NCBI GenBank assembly: GCA_002633005.1
Contig: NMRA01000049.1
Location: 716,321 to 780,320, forward strand
Length of the DNA: 64,000 nucleotides
Reading direction: 5' to 3'
Origin: Phoronis australis
Lineage: Eukaryota > Animalia > Phoronida
How positions within the stretch are numbered: the stretch's first letter is position 1; every line of letters begins with the position of its first letter. Both the position numbers and the translations under genes were made by a program. This document shows, piece after piece, positions 1 to 12,306 of this stretch. A model generated the notes under the pieces. The model saw only the letters and a program-made list of their open reading frames with translations. It was not told the origin of the DNA and did not search any database.

Positions 1-1674
1 GGTCGGCAAATTTGCCGACCGGTCGACGGCCGGCCGTCGACCAATTTCCGACCGGTCGGCCAAAAATTCGTGATGTGTGCTGTACAAACTTCAAAACACA
101 CGTCACGTGACAACATGTGTGTTCCTCCAGAGATTTTTCTCGTGTTGCGGGCTACAATTTAGCGCAGATTTGGACTTAATCTGCAGTTAATCCAGACTCC
201 ACAAGAGCTTAAAAATCTTAGAGACGCTATCTGGAAAACTTGAGGAGGATTTCAGATAATTTGTTGAGTCGAAGCTGTGTTGCTATTAAAGAATTCAAGC
301 CCTATCGACGATTGCGAGACCGTCAGCTACGCATTTGTCGGCAAGATTTCACCCTTTGATTTCAGCACAATTTTCTGAAAAATGATCGTAATTTAACAAC
401 GAATTTTGATAGCAATGCACCACAATTTTGTAGAAAGTAAATAATAATATTCTGCACGCTTTATCCTAGCGCGTAATACATATAGTGAGCGTTCGTTAAG
501 TGTGTTGACCCAGAACAGCTGATTGTGCAGAGGCATTATCCTCAAAATTGCTCATGTTGGCTTGGTTCTGGTCAAGCGAAAACAACTTTGTTTCACTACC
601 AACCGCCGTGGAGTATTTGTTACTGTTTCTTTGAAGGGAGATATTGTTGGGCAGTTTCCAAGATACGTTTTCTTGCCGCCCTCAAAATGAGCGCTGCATA
701 CTTATGCTACGAAGTCGAAAAGAATTCACTAAATCGGCCTTTGCTACCAGCTCTACCGATGTGTCTGACCCATGTTTAACGCAGTTCTTGGTGTTTGGGA
801 AACAAGTATTAACTAAATTCTTTATCTCGCTAACTAGTATTATAACATGCCAGGCACACAACACGTATAATCTCCCTGTGGCCGGTTCGCCCCCACGCTT
901 GCCGACGTACTTGTTTACCGGCTTAACCACAATGCAACATTCTGACCCATTTCCAATATGGCGGCGTTTCAACTCCGCTATTGGCCCGCTTGTTATCATG
1001 CGGGAAAAAAGACTGAGCTGGGCAGTTAACAAAAGATCGAGATTATATCGCACGTTCAGCACCCCTCACGTCTGGAAAAGTTACTGAACGACAGAAGGCT
1101 GTAATGCTTCCTTTTCCCTCAAGAAACTTGCTTGGAACCTCACTCTAATATCTCTGGAAATGTCAGCCACAGAATTGATTGGTCGGAGTACAGGAGATAA
1201 TAAATGTTATATTTACCGTAAACTATTATGGTTGCGTAAGACCCCTCATAAAGACCGTGCCAGCATCTTTACATGGATAATTTTCTCTGTGAATGGGTTA
1301 CGTCTGGATTGTCATCAAGCTATAAGATACTGCTATGCTTGCCAATATCTCCTCGTTATTCGCAGGTCTCTATTGACTTGGCGGAGTACTTGGAAGAACG
1401 AGACATTCAAACATACGCATCGAAACAATCACCACAATGGTGCTACTGGGCTGTCTACACCCACTGGAAGATTACTTTATATGCCTCATTCTTTAGTTAC
1501 GGTTTGAGTTTGAAACAAGATGAAAAATACCCTTGGTTTAATCAATGTGCTTGTAAGCTTTAACAAGAAGCTCGCAAATCCTTGTAGCCATTTTTTCAAG
1601 CCAGTGTAAATCTTCTCGGTTCTGCAATGAGTTTCAAAAGTTAGAAGCAAACGTCTGCTTGTGAGATTAAAAAT

Positions 1675-2912
1675 CTAAGGTCTAATCCTGGTTGTGCCTG
1701 TTGAATCTCCACGTAACATTAGAGTTAACTTCGACTTAATAAAGTCATCTCCAAATGAAGCAAAATTCTTTAAGAACGGGTAGAGTGAGTATAGTAATTC
1801 ACCACATTTAGACACAGGGCTTTCAAGATATCTACGGGCCATAGCGAGTTTTAAAGCTTTGCTGAAAGTATGCATATTAACCATTTGAATTCCCCCTTGA
1901 TCAAGTCCTAGACAGGCCGTAGTTCGTGTAATTTTATCATTACGGGCCTGCCATACAAATTTAAAAATGTCGTATTCAATTCACCCAAGACTTTCACTGG
2001 TGGATTTGGTAAACTTGACAACAAAAAATTAAGTTTAGAAATAGCTAATGTTTTAATTACCGTTACTCTACCAAACGGCGTTAAATTTCGTCGACTCCAA
2101 CTTTTTAGTAAAGACTTGATCTCAGTTATTCTTGCAGTAAAGTTCTTATGCGTCATACTATCCAATTGAGTGTCAAAATCCACCCCCAAAAATTTAAAAG
2201 ATTTTTTTGTCCAAGACAAAATTTCTTTTGTAGGAATCACGTCATCACTGCCAGCTTTACTTCCAAAGCATATGGCTTTTGTTTTATCCACATTCACTAG
2301 GAGACCGGAGACACTAGCAAACAAATGTAGTACATTCAGTGTGGTAGTCAATGACAAATTCGACCCATCCAACGTAATTGATGTGTCGTCCGCATTTTGC
2401 GAAATCAAATATTCCTTATTCCCAGCAACTACACCAGCAATATTTTTATTATTCTTGATTAAATACGCCAAAATCTCCGCGCACAATATAAAAATGTAGG
2501 GAGACAAAGGGTCACCTTGTCTTCAGCCACGCGAAATGTTGAACCAAAAAATGGGTGACCATTTACGACAACACAGGACTTAATATCACTGTAAGAGACT
2601 TTCACCCACCTTCTGATCGACCAACCAAAATTAAGGAAAGATAAAGTTTTTTGAATAAAATTCCACAACAATGAATCAAATGCTTTCTCAAAATCAATCA
2701 GTAAAAGCAATCCAGGTTTGTTAGCTGCCTGGGCATAAAACATTAAATCATACAGCACTCGGATATTTTCGTTCATATTTCTTCCAGAAACGAAACCTGT
2801 CTGGTCCTTACTGATTACTTTTCCCAACATGGATTTTAACCGTTCAGCTACTGCCGAAGAAGCCAATTTTTATGTCACATTGAGCAAGGATATGGGTCTC
2901 CAGTTTTTCAAA
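1675..2912 (-). mobile_element. Degenerate L1/Tx1-clade LINE reverse transcriptase fragment
   Basis: Frameshifted pieces: LKNWRPISLLNV, DQTGFVSGR, LLIDFEKAFDS, SPYIFILCAEIL, QNADDT (YADD-like), WSRRNLTPFGRVTVIKTLAISKL. Confidence 0.88.
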
Positions 2913-4936
2913 TAATGTGTTAATGGAATGTTATTAGAAATCTACTTTCGTTAAATAATGTATGAAAGTCATTAAATTTGTTACTGTACTCCACTGTTGC
3001 TTAATTTAGTGAAAAATCGAATTTTCTGTATACTTGTCTTATTGAACGTTATACACTTTGAAAGCTTCAGGTTTCAAAATTAAGTTCTTTGAAAACTTGT
3101 TCTAAAAACTTAAAGTTTTCAAACATTTAAGTTTTGAGAACTTAAGTTTGTTCCAAAAAAACTTGTTCCAAAATATTCAAGATTTTGTCAAAAACTTAGT
3201 TAATTTTTGCAAGGGCGGCTGTGATATTCGGTTCACATGTTTCAGTATGATTCGCATTGAGATTTGCGCTTTCTGATTTCACCGCATTCACAAATTGTTA
3301 TTTAGTCTCACGACTATTGTCTACCTCAAATAATCATTTATTACATGTACCATGCTAAAAATGGCTGCTGGCACCTCAGCTCACGCTGTTCGTATTTCTA
3401 TTTTGCCTTATCTCTGACAAGGCTGAAAAAGGCTTGTGTTTTACGATGTAAAAAGCTAGAATTGGCTGATAAAAACAACGTACATTTTCAGAAGGTTCAA
3501 GTAAAAGTTTACTCGCTGTAGCACTTCGGAAGAAAGAAGACGAAGACTTAAACTTACCGCGTATGAAAATAATTTGTTTTTCAAGAAAGAATAAAACTTA
3601 AAACATCGTATAGGGTTCTCTTAAACAGAACATTCTACACTGTCTGTGCTGATTAGGGTAAATTTGGGCAATATGGCCCACGTCAGGTTCATTAAGGAAA
3701 ATACATGACTGTATGAAAACAAAATAAAACAAAAAACAAGTGACGCCTACTTCCCATAAGAATACCTCTGCACAGAAATTTGAAGTGCCGCGAGCACCAT
3801 GGTAAAACCGATTCCAAATGTTTCGAAATATTTTTATTTCCAAGAAAAATTCTTTAAAAAAGTTAAACGTTTTAACACACTTTACATGCCGTGGTCAAAT
3901 TCATATTTTTTAAAGGCCTTTTTGCAGTTTTAATAATTACAAACAATCCCAAATATCAAAAACAACTTTTATTGGCTGAACTTTGATTCTGGTGAACAAC
4001 CAATAACAATTGGGCTGTTCTTCAAACAACTACGTTAAGGCTCTTTTTAGGATACGAGACTTAGAAATGACAAATCATGAACTGTCACTGACACTGGATA
4101 TTTTCAATTCAGAACAGTGGACTTTGGAAATTCGTCAGAAAAACATGCATAGTCCATAGCTGATTTACGGATCCAACAACATTTAACGGGATCATTTTTT
4201 CAAGCAATCTGTACTCTTTCACTTCCTGACGGCACGTTCCACATGAATGCGAAGACGGGCAGTTTGCTGCGTCAACTCGACCTCTTGTTTAGAAAACTGG
4301 CTCCTGGAACTAACTAGTGAGGTAGGGTGAAATCACGGTGTGGCATTTTCTGAGTGGCAACTATTTCTGAATGGTGAATCCCTTGTCCACCGTTACGCCG
4401 TCAAGCGGCTCGAGCAAGTCAAGAATATACCAGCTGAGACCTCTGAGTAATTTCATTGTCAGAAATGCTGCCTTTAAATAGTTCACTGACCCGAGACAGC
4501 ACCAAGTGAGGCAACCCCCACAAGGTACTTCAGTGTGTCTGAACCTTTGTAGTTCAGATACATTGATGAGTTAATAAATAATGACGAGGGAGTCTCAGTT
4601 TTAACCTAGCTCAGTACAGTCTAGACGGATTGGTGTCCTAGTAGGATATGTATGGAACGCCCCTAGCGTCACCCTGTGGCGGGTCTTTTCTCACACGTTA
4701 CGAGTCATCGACGCGCGTCAGTGTTGACTCGAACTGTACTTCACAAGTGTGTCAAGTTACCGCCCCATTACTGCGCGACAAATAAGACGTTGCGGTTTAG
4801 TCAGCGATGACGTATCCTTCGATGTCAATCAGTTTACGCCCCAACTGACCCGACATCTGACTAGCCTAATAGGTCATAAGCCCTCCCACTTTGCATTTGA
4901 CCAACAAGTGAAAGTTTACATGCAAACTCGTATTAA

Positions 4937-6651
4937 AGGAGAATGCCACCCCAAAAACAACCTGTTTTGTATCAATTTAGATCGAGTAGTTCTACTCGCT
5001 AACGGCAGGTTCGGCTGAGTTACCTGACACCTGAGGGGCAGACGGAGGTGTTGAAATTATCCAATGACGTAATTGGTTTCACACGCAGTCTGTTCAGCAG
5101 TTCACAACACGGGTTGGTGGTGTCAGGTTATCGCTTCAATTGATCGTTTAACACCAATAAATCATCAAACTTCGATGTAAAACCCTTAAAAATACACCGA
5201 GTTCTTATTAAAACGTGTTGTTGTATTTCGCTGTTACGGATTTACTGGTATTTGGACACACCGTAGCTTACAAAGTTCGGCAGTGAGGCCAATTTACCAA
5301 GGTCTGTAGCAGGAGTTTGGGGTCTGTTCGGAGATAAATTCGAAGTATTCTTCCGTGAAATACAGACAGGAGAACGTAGATCTGTGTTGTTTATACTTGT
5401 GATTTTTCGCGCTTGTTATCCCGGCCAGTGGCTCGGAACCCGATCAGACCCGTCGCAGCCGAGCTGACGGCTCGTTATTCCGGCCAGTGGCTCGGAACCC
5501 GATCATACCCGTCACGGCCGCCGAGACCGGCACGAACATAAACCAGCTTGAGTTGAAAACTAAACATCCAGTCACAAAGAGACTATATAATAGTGAGCCA
5601 TAGAAATAATGTGCACGCAATTTTTTATGTGAGTTAGCCACGAAACTGAAAATCTACCTACTTGTCGGGGGCCGCCAAAGTCGGGTTTCCCTTCCACAGG
5701 CCGTCAGGGCAAAGGTTGCACAGTAACAATGATTTGAATAATGTATTTTATTTCTAAACAAAGATTCCCCTAACATGTGACAATAGCATATAAAATCGAG
5801 TAATTGTTTCACAACAGCAAACACTGAATTAGCATGGGCTCACACGGCCTCGGTGCCCGGTCAATTACCTTTGTTGCCGGCATCAAAAGCCGGTAACGAA
5901 GTGGGTTATTCATTGCTGGCTTCTCAAAACATTTGCACTCATGAGCACTCCAAGGCGTTACAAATTATATCTAATGAGAGAGGCTTTTTGTCAGTTTCAT
6001 ATAAGCATTGGTTAGGATCATTTTAGGATGAGAATAATTCATTTTGAAACAGAACGCACAATAATAAACGTCTACATGGCAACTCTCCCGGCGCCAATCC
6101 CGACTTGATCAAGAGCTCATCTGACGAAGACTTCACGGGTCGGATCGTTAGGTTTCACAGCCTATCAGTTCGAACCGGAATACACTGATCAAGAAATACT
6201 ATAGAGGCGTCGTGAACATGCATAGGCAACGGAACGAATGGATAGTTCTGTGGTTAGCCGGAATTCGTCAGAGAAATCACTGTCGACGAAATGCCGGCCA
6301 CAGACACGGAGATGTTTCACGGCCTCATACTTGCTGTTAACAGCATACCTTTTATTCTTCAGTACCGCGAGCCACTTCCTAAGCATTTCGGGCTCTCGAG
6401 GAAGTCGAAAAAACGATATACCCGCTTTCTTCGCAGCTTCATAGTTCGGACAAGCGGAAACCGATGCACTGCCGCAATACAGCGGCATTCACTCTGCAGA
6501 AGAACCACTGACGTCGCTGCGTCGCTTATCACCTTCCTCACAGGTTAACGCGACACCTCTCGGCAAGGTGACGTCTACCGTATAAGAGGCGATGTGGATA
6601 TAGACCGATTGAGACGGTAAAAAGACTAATTACATCGGGTGGCATTCTCCT
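4937..6651 (-). mobile_element. Kolobok-type non-autonomous DNA transposon, copy 1, with THAP relic
   Basis: TTAA|AGGAGAATGCCACCC ... GGGTGGCATTCTCCT|TTAA. TTAA target, RR..YY ends and a THAP domain fit the Kolobok superfamily. Confidence 0.85.
6189..6488 (-). pseudogene. THAP zinc-finger domain relic inside Kolobok copy 1
   Basis: C..C, SFFRLP, RKW and RVCGRHF..SDF match the THAP C2CH pattern. No downstream catalytic domain. Confidence 0.8.
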
Positions 6652-7933
6652 TTAATTGAATGAATCGTAATCCACCTCTGTTGAGTGTAGCACCCTGCAA
6701 CAGTAGTCAACGGTGGCTTCTGGCTTAGAGTCGCATGCACAGTCAAAAGTACTATAAACGAAAGCCAAATAAAAGAGAGCAACGCTGTGAGTGACGAGGA
6801 CTTGATTTCTGTGACCTTGGATGATTTTCTCAGTGCTGTTCCAACAGTTGTTGAGTCTATGTTGGTTAATCAGTGAAGTCTTGCTCATGACGGCGTTTTC
6901 CATTCGGCAGTGACTTTACCAGACGTAGCGGGTGTGAGCATGTGATAACATCTAGCTTCTTTGTTAACTGCCAAGCACAGTATTTTGTCTGGTATGAAAA
7001 CAGGCAGGCTAATTAATTATCTACAAGGCTTACATGTATTACAGACCACGTGTGAACACCGTCAAACCCAGAGCGAATTGGTACACTCGAAAAGAACTGA
7101 ATAGATTGTCGTAACTTCGGTTGTAGTCGGGCGATTTTGGCAATTCAAAAGCTAAACATGATCACCGTTTGACGAAAATTTCAGAAATGATATTGGTATA
7201 TGTACAAACATGTTATGACTTAACTTTTATTTTTAGCAGCACAGCCCAGTCAGGCTAGATATGATCTTACTGGAGATTAGAGCAACTATCGTACAAAAGA
7301 GTGCTGGCCCTCCAACCATTAATGCCGGAATGGAATTATCAGTCGTGTGAGATATTGGCTACAGGGGTGTTCTTCCCAAATTGTTGTTGGGCTTTTGAAT
7401 CGAACAAGTTGGGATCAACGGGAAAACGCCTTAATGCAGTGCTATTGTGTAGGTTGTGTTTTTATGCGAGTGAGTACTGGTCATTTTTTATATTTTTTCT
7501 TTGTGTCAAACGCTAAGCCTTTGTAATTGTCAGTCACATCAAAACATGACGATCTCATTGGTTTGGTCAACACACTGTATAACCTTAACACTGATCGGTT
7601 CTTTTAAGAGCATCGACAGCATCACTGGCGCGTCAGCGTGTTAGAAATGACTCGTCACGTGTCAGAAAAGACCAGTCACAAGGTGATGCTAGTGGCGTTC
7701 CATAGATATGGGCATCATCCTCTCAATACTGGCCCTACTAGCCCAAATTGGCATCAAACCCAATAAGAATATAAATAATTTGCCCAAGTGATAACAATAC
7801 GACTGACTGTTGATTGTGACACTCCAAATTTAACGGACAGGTCAAGGTGGGGCAGTCCTTGTCTCACTATGAAACACTAGTTAAAGAAGAGGTTCAGGTT
7901 TTCGCAGAGGAAAGTGTGTTCCCCAAAGCTTAA

Positions 7934-9588
7934 AGGAGAATGCCACCCGATTTAATTAGTCTTTTTTGCCGACTTAATCGGTCTATATCCACATCGTCTC
8001 GCATACGGTCGACCTTACCTTGCCGAGAGGTGTCGCGTTAACCTGTGAGAAAGGTGAGAAACGACGCTATCGACGTCAGTGGTTCATATGCAGAGTGAAT
8101 GCCGTTATGTTGCAGTGCATCGTTCCCGCTTGTCCGAACTAAGCAGCTGCGAGGAAAGCGGGTTTATCGTTTTTTTTTACTTCCTCGCCAGAGTCCGAAA
8201 TGCTTAGGAAGTGGCTCATGGTAGTGAAGAATGAAATGTACGCTGTAAATAGCTAGTATGAGGCCGTGAAACATGTCCGTGTTTGTCGGTGGCCTGCAGA
8301 CCGTCGACGAATGCCGGCTTACCAAATAACTCCATACGTTCCGTTGTCTGACCTTGTTCAAGGCGCCTCTCTAGTATTTCTTCATCACTGTATTCCTGTT
8401 CAAATTGATAGCCTGTAAAACTTAACTATCCACCTGCGAAGTGGGGACTGATGAGCTCTAGCTCGTCAGTCCTAAGTCCGCGAGATTGCGAGTTGGCCAT
8501 TTTGGCGTTTATTACTGAGCGTTCTGTTTCAAAATGAATTATTCTCACCCTAACCAATACTTATATAAAACTGAAACAAAGTCTGTCTCATTAGATGCAA
8601 TTTGTAATGCCTTTGGAGTGTTCGTGAGTGCAAATGATTCAAGAAGCCATGCAGCAATGAATAAATCACTGCGTTACCGGCTTTAGGTGCAATAAAACTA
8701 ATTGACGGGACACCGAGGCCGTGTGAGCTCATGCTAATTAGTGTTTGCTGGCAGAAACTGTTGTGAAACAACTCGATTTCCATCCCACGGTCAGGTGTTA
8801 GGGGAATCTTTATTTTCATTTACAGTACTCAAATAATGATTGTCAATGTACAACTTCTGTCCTGACGGTGCTGTGGCCAAAGCGGAACCTGAATTCGCGG
8901 CCCCCGACGAATAAGTAGATTTGCATTTTCGTGGCTAATTCACCTACATAATCACGTGCACATTACTTTTGCTCACTAGTATAGTATTTTCTTGACTGGA
9001 AGTTTAGTTCAGTCCACTGAACTTTGGCTGGTTTAGTCAGGATGTCTGATCAGTTTCCGGGCCACTGGCCGGGATAATGAGTCAATCCGGCCGGCCGCGA
9101 CGGGCCTGATCGGGCTCCAAGCCACTGGCCAGGATAACAAGCGTTTTGTGTTTAGAACTCAAAAAATCACAAGTCCAAACAACACAGATCTAGGTTCTCC
9201 TGTCTGTATCTCACGGAAAATACTTCGAAATTATCTCCGAACAGGCCAAACTCCTCTACGAACCTTATTGGCCTGCCGAACTTTGTAGGCTGCGGCCAAA
9301 TACCTATAAATCCGTAAGAGCGAAATAAAACAACACGTTTTTATAACAACTCGGTGTATTTTTAAGGGTTTTACATCGAAGTTTGATGATTTATTGGCGT
9401 TAAACGATGACTTCAAGCGATAAGCTGACACCAGTAACCCGTGTTGGGAACTGCTGAACAGACTGTGTGAAACCGATGACGTCATTGGATAATTTCAACA
9501 CCTCCGTCTGCCTTCAGGAGTCAGGTAACGCAACCGTACTCGATGTAAATTGATACAAATTAGGTTGTTTTTTGGGTGGCATGCTCCT
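7934..9588 (+). mobile_element. Kolobok-type element, copy 2 (inverted relative to copy 1)
   Basis: TTAA|AGGAGAATGCCACCC ... GGGTGGCATGCTCCT|TTAA. The interior is a diverged reverse complement of copy 1, with a broken THAP relic near 8099-8310. Confidence 0.85.
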
Positions 9589-11146
9589 TTAAATCGGTTT
9601 TTCTTCGCCTTTGCACTTGGGACCATCTCGTCATGGTGACTGCAGTTGGCTGAGGGGGGGGGGGGGTCATCGTGATGTTTTCCGGGTTCTATATGTACCG
9701 GGTTCTATGTATCCCATTTTATACATATTGGGGTTCTGTCTGTGTCCCGGGTTCTGTGTCCCGGTGTGATAGTTGTGCCTGCCCCCCTCATGTCGTAGTT
9801 GTGAGCGGACGCGTTGTTCAGTGGATTACCCAAATTATTTTGCCTTTTATCAGGTTTGAAAGGGCAAAATAGACATTTGGACCAAGTAAGGCAAGTTCTT
9901 ATGAAACAATGCACATTGTGCCTTATTTTGAATGTTATGAACGTTTTTGGCTAAAGATAGTTTTTTGGAAATTGTCACGTGATCCTGACCTTGAATGACC
10001 TCGTTGCCCGGTTGCATGAAACAGTCCCAAATAGGGATTCAACTAAGTTCCCTAAATCTACTACGTGTTTGTGGGCTTATGTAAATCGTGATTTTTACGG
10101 TGTTTGAGTCTCTTAACAAGTCACTTTGCGATTTTGATACAAATTGCGAGTGAATTATCAATATCATTGAAAATATGTTAGGATATTTTCATACAACGAC
10201 AATAATTTATGGACTAAGTCCCTAATTATTTTGACTTAATTAACAGCTCAATTGTTAGTTATATTATTAGAAAATATCATAAGTCCAAGAGGAGCTCATA
10301 ATAAAGATAAAATGATAGAAAAATATTACATCTGTGAGTAAAGAACGAAACAAATACGCAAAAAATTAAGGTAACCTATCTGAGTCACTATTTGGGACTG
10401 CATTATGCAACCGAGTACTGGTCAGCATAAGAATCAAGCCAAAAATCCAGAGGCTCTGTCTAGTGGTTCCAGAGATATGCCTGCACGTAATTTATGTTAT
10501 TTTGTCTTAATCATGCATGGAAATCAGAGTTAATGAGGTCAACTTCTTTTTGCTTTATATCAGGATAGAAAAAGCAGTTCAAAATTGTCATGTGTTCTTA
10601 AAATAACGATTGTAGCTAAAACTTGCACAATCGTCTTCTTAGAGCCTGGACTTAACGCGACAGACCGGGACACAAAGAACCCTGGACTCATAGAACCCTA
10701 GACGCAATGCTAAACTCCAGCTTTGAGTTGTCTCCTCCCATTGATTCACTTCTGGATGTCCTCGCTTTTGAATTAGGAGCTGCATACGACAGTTGATTTG
10801 GAATTTTTCTAAAACCCCCTCGACCCCCACACTGTACGACCCCCTCGACCCAATGTTAATCAGATTGGTTCCCCATATCAGAGAGCACAGCAGAGTAAGT
10901 TTACATTAAAGGAGAACGCCACCAAAAACAACGTATTTTGTAGATAATGAAATGGAGTAGTTCCACTCGATAACAGCAAGTTCAGTTCTTTTACCTGACA
11001 CAAGACAGCAGACGGAGGTGCTGAAATTAACCAATGACGTCATAGGTTGTAACACAGTCTGATCAGCAGTTCACAACACGCTTACTTGTGTCAGCTTATC
11101 GCTTGTATTCATCAATTTACACAAACAAATCTCCAAAGTTCGATGT

Positions 11147-11933
11147 AAAACTTTAGAAGAGACATTGAGTTTTTAAACAAACGTGTTGTTTTATTTCTCT
11201 GTTACGGATTTATACAAATTTTGAACGTATGCCAACTTACCGAGGTCAGTCGCGGGAAGTTTGGATCTGTTAGGTGATAAACTAGAACTATTCTTCAGTG
11301 AAATACAAACAGGGGAGCATAGCCATGTGTTGTAATTTTAGATTTGCGATTTTTTCAGTTCTAAACACAAAAAACGCCCATTGTAAAGGTAACCAATAAC
11401 TGCTGCAGTAACATCAACCAGCGATAAAACGTGTGCTGCTGAATGATACGTTCGTGCCTTCAACCCTCTAGCGGACACACAGAGAACTAGCGAGACCTGC
11501 GTGTAGCCTTCTCTTCTCCCTAGCGGACACGCAGACATCTTTGACGCACGGAACCAGCGAGACAGTCTGACTGAAGTACGCACATGCCCAGATAACGTTC
11601 ACCTTTAAGGTGACATCAGCTTCGTCCACGAGTCTCAAGATGGCGACGAACTGTTCCGCCATTTGAGGCCATAGACGACATTTACCGCTGACAAAAACTT
11701 TAGAAGAGACATTGAGTTTTTAAACAAACGTGTTGTTTTATTTCTCTGTTACGGATTTATACAAATTTTGAACGTATGCCAACTTACCGAGGTCAGTCGC
11801 GGGAAGTTTGGATCTGTTAGGTGATAAACTAGAACTATTCTTCAGTGAAATACAAACAGGGGAGCATAGCCATGTGTTGTAATTTTAGATTTGCGATTTT
11901 TTCAGTTCTAAACACAAAAAACGCCCATTGTAA
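11147..11933. repeat. 240-bp direct duplication (11147-11386 and 11694-11933) around a 307-bp insert
   Basis: The two copies of aaaactttagaagagac...acgcccattgtaa look identical by eye. Confidence 0.88.
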
Positions 11934-12188
11934 TCCATTGACTTGGAACCCGCTTATCTCCGTCGCCAGCGGCCGGACTGAGACATCACGAAAATAAAGG
12001 AGCCGGGTTAGTCTGCCGCCAAAGTTGAAAATCAAACTTCCAGTCATGAAAATACTAGACTAGTGAACCAAAAAATAAAGTGTACATGAATATTTTGGCG
12101 AAAACACGGCAAAATTGCAATCTTCTTACCCTTCGGGGCAGCTAAGCCAGGTTCGCCTTCCACAGAACAGTACAGGGCAATAATGTAT

Positions 12189-12194
12189 ACACAC

Positions 12195-12278
<84 letters not shown>

Positions 12279-12306
12279 TGTATGTATATATATATATATA
12301 TATATA
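12189..12306. repeat. (CA)n(TA)n compound microsatellite
   Basis: Directly visible. Confidence 0.97.

Larger units (their letters stand above)
4651..7704. mobile_element. Unclassified TIR DNA element with 6-bp target duplication GATATG
   Basis: Termini TATGGAACGCCCCTAGCGTCACCCTGTG and CACAAGGTGATGCTAGTGGCGTTCCATA form a ~60-bp imperfect inverted repeat. GATATG lies at 4645-4650 and 7705-7710. The element interrupts the Harbinger transposase relic. Confidence 0.75.
4130..9650 (-). pseudogene. PIF/Harbinger (ISL2EU-like) HTH + DDE_Tnp_4 transposase relic, split by nested insertions
   Basis: Manual minus-strand translation. 9593-9650 PTAVTMTRWSQVQRRRK; 7711-7870 VRQGLPHLDLSVKFGVSQSTVSRIVITWANYLY..IWASRASIERMMP; 4130-4644 LDCTEL, YKGSDTLKYLVG, VSELFKGSISDNEIT, LLEPLDGVTVDKGFTI, TARLRIHVERAV. 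Stops and frameshifts are present. Confidence 0.75.

Noticed and set aside
525-1563. Cluster of 84-147 aa ORFs
   Set aside because: Overlapping on both strands with no recognisable domain.
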